This document shows, one piece after another, positions 58,759-64,000 of a DNA stretch of 64,000 bases. The translations under genes and the position numbers were made by a program. The DNA is from Minisyncoccia bacterium (lineage in GTDB: Bacteria; Patescibacteriota; Minisyncoccia; Phycocordibacterales; UBA918): assembly GCA_046598345.1 (NCBI GenBank), contig JBKJIT010000004.1:69702-133701 (forward strand). The letters run 5' to 3'. Under the pieces are notes generated by a model, which saw only the letters and a program-made list of their open reading frames with translations, made no database searches and was not told the origin of the DNA. The number at the start of each line of letters is the position of its first letter. Position 1 is the stretch's first letter.

Positions 58759-58895
58759 TTTTAAGACTCAGCTACTTTGTTATCTTCGTCATTCAAAACT
58801 TATGTAGTTCGTAAAACATGCCCCCATCATGTTTTACTGCCTCAGCTTTTCTTTCCTCGATGCCTCGTACCTGAGGTCTTAAAATGATTTCTTGT
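58748..58895 (+). repeat. Structured stop-codon-associated element, copy G (after the helicase; extended apical stem)
   Basis: ACAAGAAAT..TTTAAGAC TCAGCTACTTTGTT..GTAAAACATG/CATGTTTTAC..GCCTCGTACCTGA GGTCTTAAA..ATTTCTTGT. Confidence 0.8.
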
Positions 58896-58905
58896 TAGTA
58901 TAGAT

Positions 58906-59355
58906 ATGCAATTCAAGTGGTTTAGCGGAAAGAGAAGAAAAAGAGTGCGTCGTGTGCGCAAGCTTTCCCGTGCTGCTACCCTGCATTACGAAACGCATAA
59001 AGAACACGCTCGCAGCGTCGTACACGAGCGCCTCACGCACTGGAATCAGTTTTATGGGTTTACCTATGGGCGTGTGTCTATCAAGAATCAGCGCTCCTGC
59101 TGGGGAAGCTGTTCAGCTAAAGGGAATTTAAATTTCAACTACAAAATTATTTTTCTCCCTGAGGTGCTCATGGATTACATTATTGTCCACGAGCTTTGTC
59201 ATTTGGCAGAGTTGAATCACGGAGCTTCATTTTGGTCGCAGGTTGCGCACGTTATCCCTAATTTCACCCTGCACAAATCATCTCTTCGCCTCATACGCAT
59301 TGTCCCTGAGAATGGGTTTGAGACCAGTGTTCATCAGCTCATGCACGGAAATTAA
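58906..59355 (+). CDS. YgjP/DUF45-like zinc metalloprotein
   Basis: WGSCS..G.L.FN, DY..VHELCHL...NH...FW. Confidence 0.9.
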   Translation: MQFKWFSGKRRKRVRRVRKLSRAATLHYETHKEHARSVVHERLTHWNQFYGFTYGRVSIKNQRSCWGSCSAKGNLNFNYKIIFLPEVLMDYIIVHELCHLAELNHGASFWSQVAHVIPNFTLHKSSLRLIRIVPENGFETSVHQLMHGN

Positions 59356-59356
59356 T

Positions 59357-60016
59357 ATGGAATCAAAAACCATTCTGCTTATTGATAAGCCAAAAGGAAT
59401 CACGTCATTTGATGTCATTCGAAGATTGCGCCGTACGCTTAACATTAAAAAAATGGGGCATGCTGGTACTCTGGATCCGCTTGCCACAGGGCTCATGATA
59501 ATCGGAGTGGGTGAGGGTACAAAGCGTCTTACTGAATATATAAAGTTACCCAAAGAGTACCTCGCTGAAGCTCTTATCGGTGAACGGCGAAGCACCGGGG
59601 ATATGGAGGGAGAGATTTTGGAATCCGCTCATGTTCCTGAAATTCCAAAAGAATTAATTCAGAAGACAGTAGAAAGTATGGTTGGCACAATGCTGCTCCC
59701 CGTCTCTGCCTACTCTGCAATTAAGAAAGATGGAGTTCCGATGTACAAACGGGCACGAAAGGCAGAGAAGAGCGGGGAAGTCGTCCTGGATGTTCCGCTT
59801 CGAAGTATGACGGTCACCGGAGCAGAGCTCGAAGGAGTTTCGTACAAAGATTCAAAATATGTGTTCACCATTCGATTCAATGTTGAAAGCGGTACCTACA
59901 TTCGATCTCTCGCTGAGGAAATAGGGAAGCGGTTGGGTTATCCTGCAACGCTTCAAAACCTGCGACGCACAAGAGTGGGGGATTTTAAAATCGAAGATGC
60001 GGAAATTTTAGAATAA
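59357..60016 (+). CDS. truB: tRNA pseudouridine(55) synthase
   Basis: DKP.G.TS.D, GHAGTLDPLATG, YSA.K..G, GTYIRSL. Confidence 0.96.
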   Translation: MESKTILLIDKPKGITSFDVIRRLRRTLNIKKMGHAGTLDPLATGLMIIGVGEGTKRLTEYIKLPKEYLAEALIGERRSTGDMEGEILESAHVPEIPKELIQKTVESMVGTMLLPVSAYSAIKKDGVPMYKRARKAEKSGEVVLDVPLRSMTVTGAELEGVSYKDSKYVFTIRFNVESGTYIRSLAEEIGKRLGYPATLQNLRRTRVGDFKIEDAEILE

Positions 60017-60066
60017 GAAAAGCACCTCGATGAAAAGGTGCTTCCTCAAAATAAAAACTTGTCGCA

Positions 60067-60408
60067 TTAGATGACAACGTATTTGATCGGCGGACGCCGT
60101 TCGAGGAGCACTTCAAGTGCGCTCACAAACGCTGCATGTTGATCACAGAAGAACTTGTAGCCTTTCACAAGACGGGTGGCAAACCAAATGCATACCATAT
60201 CCCCGATCTTTTGGAAGTGGTAGTTGAATTCAACGGTTTGGCGAAATCGCAGTTCCTCCAGTTTCTTGTTGAATTCGCAGATTTTCTCGTACGTAATCAT
60301 ACTGGCTTCGAGTATGATGCCTTCGACATATCCGTAACTTCCTACAGCACACTTACATTGGATAATGACTCCTTTACATCCGTTACAGAGTTCCAGGGGA
60401 ATTTCCAT
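60067..60408 (-). CDS. Hypothetical protein
   Basis: AAGGAG RBS, TTGACT upstream, shared terminator at 60020-60043. Confidence 0.6.
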   Translation of the reverse strand: MEIPLELCNGCKGVIIQCKCAVGSYGYVEGIILEASMITYEKICEFNKKLEELRFRQTVEFNYHFQKIGDMVCIWFATRLVKGYKFFCDQHAAFVSALEVLLERRPPIKYVVI

Positions 60409-60526
60409 TTCTTCTCCTTCTCTTGTTAAACGAACCTACTCGAGCATTATTAAGTATATCCGCCTATGAAGTCAATAGAATTAAAAAACAGGCGATCCGA
60501 AGACCGCCTGCTACTGTTGTGCGCTG

Positions 60527-60826
60527 TTAGTGGACAGGGCGGAGGTTCGTGCAGTCGATCGTCTCAATCCCAAGGGGTGAGAGGATAGCGAGCATGACTG
60601 CGAGGTCCACGTTGTTGCTTGGCACGTGACGATTCATGACAAGCGAACATACAAGTGGTGATCCGGTCTGGTCGCCATCGACATGGCAATCGAGATGATT
60701 CCCGTGGTCCAGTGCTTGATGCAGAGCAGCTGTCGCGCGATACATTTGCTCGAGTGCAATGTTGGCCGTCACAGTCGCCGTTGCAAAAAGTACTCCTCCT
60801 TCTTGTTTCAAAACTATCTTGCTCAT
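60527..60826 (-). CDS. Hypothetical protein
   Basis: AAAGGAG RBS, TTGACA upstream, terminator at about 60483-60510. Confidence 0.6.
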   Translation of the reverse strand: MSKIVLKQEGGVLFATATVTANIALEQMYRATAALHQALDHGNHLDCHVDGDQTGSPLVCSLVMNRHVPSNNVDLAVMLAILSPLGIETIDCTNLRPVH

Positions 60827-61005
60827 CGTGTTCTCCTTTGTAAAAACATGTAGGTGGAAGGATTGTCGTTGTCATGCACGAAACCGCTGACGAGGACGAA
60901 TCCGGGAATATTATTCTATATAAAACATGAGCTGTCAATGAAGTTTAAAAGCGAAGGAAAAAAAGAGGAGCGCGTTTAAGGCGCTCCTGGTGTCCTGCAA
61001 CTCGA

Positions 61006-61428
61006 TCAGCGGTCGTCTTCCGGGATACCTGCCATGAGTTGCATTTCATGGAGGGCCGCATCTCGCCGCATTACACGTGTGATGATGACCTTTGCAGTTT
61101 CGCCTGCGTGGGTCTCCGCCTTCTGTTGGTCGCGTATGCTTTTCCTTACACGCCGCTTCAATTCGTTGAAGAGATAATGGTACCTCGCTCCAAACTGAAT
61201 GCCGACAAGTGCCTTCTGCACCGCATTGTCGATCTCTTTGAGATCGGTGCCGGCAAATTTCTTTGCTTTTGCCAGCCGTGCGCGTCCGTCGTCGTCGAGC
61301 GTCGATTTATGCTTGGTAAGCAACACGATATTTCCTTTCTCCTCCTGATGGGGAGGGACGTGGTCTAAGGGTTTGCAGTCGGCGATGTTACTCGCTTGCT
61401 GCAGTTTCAGCTTAAGCTGTTCAGACAT
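61006..61428 (-). CDS. Hypothetical protein
   Basis: CAGGAG RBS, terminator at about 60960-60988. Confidence 0.6.
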   Translation of the reverse strand: MSEQLKLKLQQASNIADCKPLDHVPPHQEEKGNIVLLTKHKSTLDDDGRARLAKAKKFAGTDLKEIDNAVQKALVGIQFGARYHYLFNELKRRVRKSIRDQQKAETHAGETAKVIITRVMRRDAALHEMQLMAGIPEDDR

Positions 61429-61513
61429 GGTTTTCTCCTGTTGAACTCCAATCTATATTATACCATATTTGGTGTTTTTGTCGACCTTATTGTGACAGGA
61501 AGCGGATAAGAAA

Positions 61514-61545
61514 ATACCTCGGAAAGCTTAGCTTTCCGAGGTAAT
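61514..61545 (-). terminator. Terminator after the YqeY gene
   Basis: TACCTCGGAAAGC-TTA-GCTTTCCGAGGTA. Confidence 0.75.
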
Positions 61546-61556
61546 TTCAAGAGGGT

Positions 61557-62012
61557 CTAACTCAACAGTTCTTCAACAACCTTCTTCACATCAGCACCAT
61601 CTGCTTTTCCAGCTAAGTCTTTCATGAGTGAGCCAATGAGTTGTCCCATCTTTGATTTGTCTACCACGCCCATTTCAGCAATCTTGGCTTCTACTACTGG
61701 TCGAATTTCTTCAGCGGTCATCATCTTTGGAAGGTATGATTCGAGGATAATAAGTTCTTCCTTTTCTGGATCCGCGAGCTCATTTCGTCCTGCTGCCTCA
61801 AACTGAACAATGGATTCCTTCCGTTGCTTCGAAAGACGCTTTATTACTGAAAGTACCCCTTCGTCAGTAAGCGTTCCTTGCGGGGTACTGCCGGTTGCCA
61901 CTAGCTCATTAGTGAATGCCGTAAGCATGCTGCGCACTGTACGCAGTTTCGTCGCATCCTTGGCTTTCATTGCGGTTTTTAGCTCGCCTTTGATCTGGTT
62001 ATGTAGTTCCAT
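61557..62012 (-). CDS. GatB/YqeY domain protein
   Basis: LK.AMKAKD...L...R, KQR.ES...F..AGR.EL...E..E..IL..YLP, G.ADG. Confidence 0.93.
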   Translation of the reverse strand: MELHNQIKGELKTAMKAKDATKLRTVRSMLTAFTNELVATGSTPQGTLTDEGVLSVIKRLSKQRKESIVQFEAAGRNELADPEKEELIILESYLPKMMTAEEIRPVVEAKIAEMGVVDKSKMGQLIGSLMKDLAGKADGADVKKVVEELLS

Positions 62013-62065
62013 ATGTAAAAATTAGTTTTTCCATAGTAGCACATAACTCATGCTAAAATACGCAC

Positions 62066-63157
62066 ATGGAAAATCTCCAGATTCTTATTGTGATTCTGCT
62101 TCTCGCGGTGCTTGGAGTACTCATCTACGTTTTCTTCTTTAAAAAAGAAGAAAAAAAGGAGGACACTACAGCACCGGGCCTTATGCTTCTCCAGCAACAA
62201 CTTCAAGAACTCACGCGCACTATGGACGAACGAATGGGGGAGAGTAACAAGGCGATGATGGAGGGTGCGCATACGCAATCTCGTGAAAGCAGACAGCTCA
62301 TCCAAGAAATCAACAAAGAAGTGAACGAACAGCTCCGAAATGTGGTGAAAGGGGTAACAGAAGTCTCAGAATCATCGAAGCACGTTTTTCTTGTTGCTGA
62401 GCAACTTCAAAGTCTTGAGAAAGTGCTGAAGCATCAGAAGCAGCGAGGGAACCTTGGAGAGGCATCACTTCAGCTCGCGCTTGAGAATATGTTGCCACCC
62501 ACTGCATACAAGCTCCAATATCTCTTCCCAGGAGGCGATATGGTGGATGCAGTCATTATGACTAAAGATGGCATGATCACGGTTGATGCGAAGTTTTCAC
62601 TCGATAACTACAGGCGGCTCGTCGACGAGACAGACGATCTTCGGAGAGCAGATCTTGAAAAGGAATTTAAGAACGACCTAAAGAAGCGAATCGATGAAAC
62701 CGCGAAGTACATTCGTCCTCAGGATGGAACACTTCCGTTTGCGTTCATGTACATTCCTGCTGAAGCCATTTACTACGATCTTCTTGTGAACGAAGTGGGA
62801 GCAGTAAAGGTAAATACACGCTCGCTCATTGATTATGCATACAAGGACAAGAATGTCATTATTGTCTCGCCCACAACATTTGCTGCATACCTACAATCAG
62901 TCCTCTATGGTTTCCGTGCATTCAAGGTTGAGGAATCGGCAAAACAAATAGGGAAGCATGTTGAGAGTCTTTCTAGGCATCTTAAGGCGTATGATGACTA
63001 TTTTAAAAAGGTGGGAGCTTCGCTCGGGACGACTGTAAACCATTATAATACGGCTCAAAAAGAGCTTGGAAAGGTAGATAAGGATGTAATGAAAATTACC
63101 GGTTCTAGCCTTGAAATTGAACAGATTGCAATCGAGAAGCCTGTGGCTATAGAATAG
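62066..63157 (+). CDS. rmuC: DNA recombination protein RmuC
   Basis: TM, coiled coil, RGN.GE..L, DAKF, KYI.P..GT..FA.MY.P.E, SPTT. Confidence 0.92.
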   Translation: MENLQILIVILLLAVLGVLIYVFFFKKEEKKEDTTAPGLMLLQQQLQELTRTMDERMGESNKAMMEGAHTQSRESRQLIQEINKEVNEQLRNVVKGVTEVSESSKHVFLVAEQLQSLEKVLKHQKQRGNLGEASLQLALENMLPPTAYKLQYLFPGGDMVDAVIMTKDGMITVDAKFSLDNYRRLVDETDDLRRADLEKEFKNDLKKRIDETAKYIRPQDGTLPFAFMYIPAEAIYYDLLVNEVGAVKVNTRSLIDYAYKDKNVIIVSPTTFAAYLQSVLYGFRAFKVEESAKQIGKHVESLSRHLKAYDDYFKKVGASLGTTVNHYNTAQKELGKVDKDVMKITGSSLEIEQIAIEKPVAIE

Positions 63158-63292
63158 GTTCATTACTGACTCTTGACAAACTAATTTCATCTTGTACTAT
63201 GTTTTTCGGTAAAGCGTATCCCAATCGTTCGTTGAAACCACGTGAGGCAAAAAATGCAGAATTTTTGGCCATTCCCAACAAAGGAGAACAAA

Positions 63293-64000
63293 TTGAAAGT
63301 AGGATTCAAGGAAGAAAAAGGTTTCTGTATCCAAGTCAGCAAGGGACGTGACCACAATACACCAGTCCCAATCAATATCGTAGACATGTTTCATCAAGTC
63401 CTCGAAGTTGCGGGAGTGAAAAAAGGCAATTTTAGTTTTCAGGTAACGGGAATAAGCACTGTTCGTTTTGACAACTCGAAGATTGGCATGCTTTTTGCGG
63501 ATTCAATTAATAACAACGAAGTTCGCGTGCATGTGAAGTCAGGACGCGGTGACGCGGTCGTAGGAATGTTTAGGATTCCCGTCGAGTACCACATCCCAAG
63601 TAATCTTCTTCCCTTGCTTAAACAAGCAGCTGAAAGGATTCGGGGAGGGAAAGCTATTGTTGTTGCAAAACCGGAATTCCAGGAGCTTCCAACTACCCCG
63701 CAATTGCATGTTGTGTCTGTCGCACCTCCCGATATAGAAAGGAATCCAGTAATGAATGAAAGTTCATCGCATCCTGCTGAGGGATCAAGTAGCACACATG
63801 ATGTCGGTCGATACGACAAAGACACCCTAAAGCTTTTAGTGGCTGACATGGATCATGATGCAGATCCAAATGGATTGTTTTTGCTCACTGACGTGATTAT
63901 CGAAAAGATCTATCGGACGTTTCCCGGGCTTTCTCGTCACGGACTCTCAACAGGCGTTATGTTCAAATTGGTGCATTTCGGACTGATTACAAAGGTCGGG
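63293..64000 (+). CDS. Hypothetical protein, partial (runs off the window)
   Basis: Open frame of 236 codons from TTG with AAGGAG RBS; TTGACA-N16-TACTAT promoter at about 63173. Confidence 0.65.
   Translation, partial: MKVGFKEEKGFCIQVSKGRDHNTPVPINIVDMFHQVLEVAGVKKGNFSFQVTGISTVRFDNSKIGMLFADSINNNEVRVHVKSGRGDAVVGMFRIPVEYHIPSNLLPLLKQAAERIRGGKAIVVAKPEFQELPTTPQLHVVSVAPPDIERNPVMNESSSHPAEGSSSTHDVGRYDKDTLKLLVADMDHDADPNGLFLLTDVIIEKIYRTFPGLSRHGLSTGVMFKLVHFGLITKVG

Overview
A 64-kb stretch of a small bacterial chromosome, genetic code 11. Gene content suggests Patescibacteria/CPR, Parcubacteria-like: helicase-degenerate PriA, short HolB, two mreB, orphan VirD4-like ATPase, SWIB protein, HTH-MurA, Pif1-like helicase. 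This taxonomy is inference. Layout: an accessory block at 1-10 kb, housekeeping, cell-wall and division genes at 10-39 kb, a sortase F locus at 39-43 kb, an accessory island at about 43-56.7 kb ending at tRNA-Glu(CTC) and carrying KaiC/CheB/CheR-kinase genes, then core genes again. Main unexplained structures: (1) seven copies of a ~110-150 nt structured element at gene stop codons, always in the sense orientation, with a conserved core and locus-specific outer arms; (2) a tRNA-Glu-anchored array with four copies of a 27-bp palindromic site, tRNA 3'-end copies and GTGACC-N17-GAAC sites bracketing gene cassettes, with no integrase in the window; (3) two kinase-less sensors (Cache-HAMP and a Gln-less LOV) sharing one C-terminal 'N.FM.DRE.KM..LK.E' tail; (4) an 18-bp perfect palindrome on the promoter of the HTH-MurA fusion; (5) pervasive leaderless-type promoters. 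All calls come from reading the sequence; no database searches were run.
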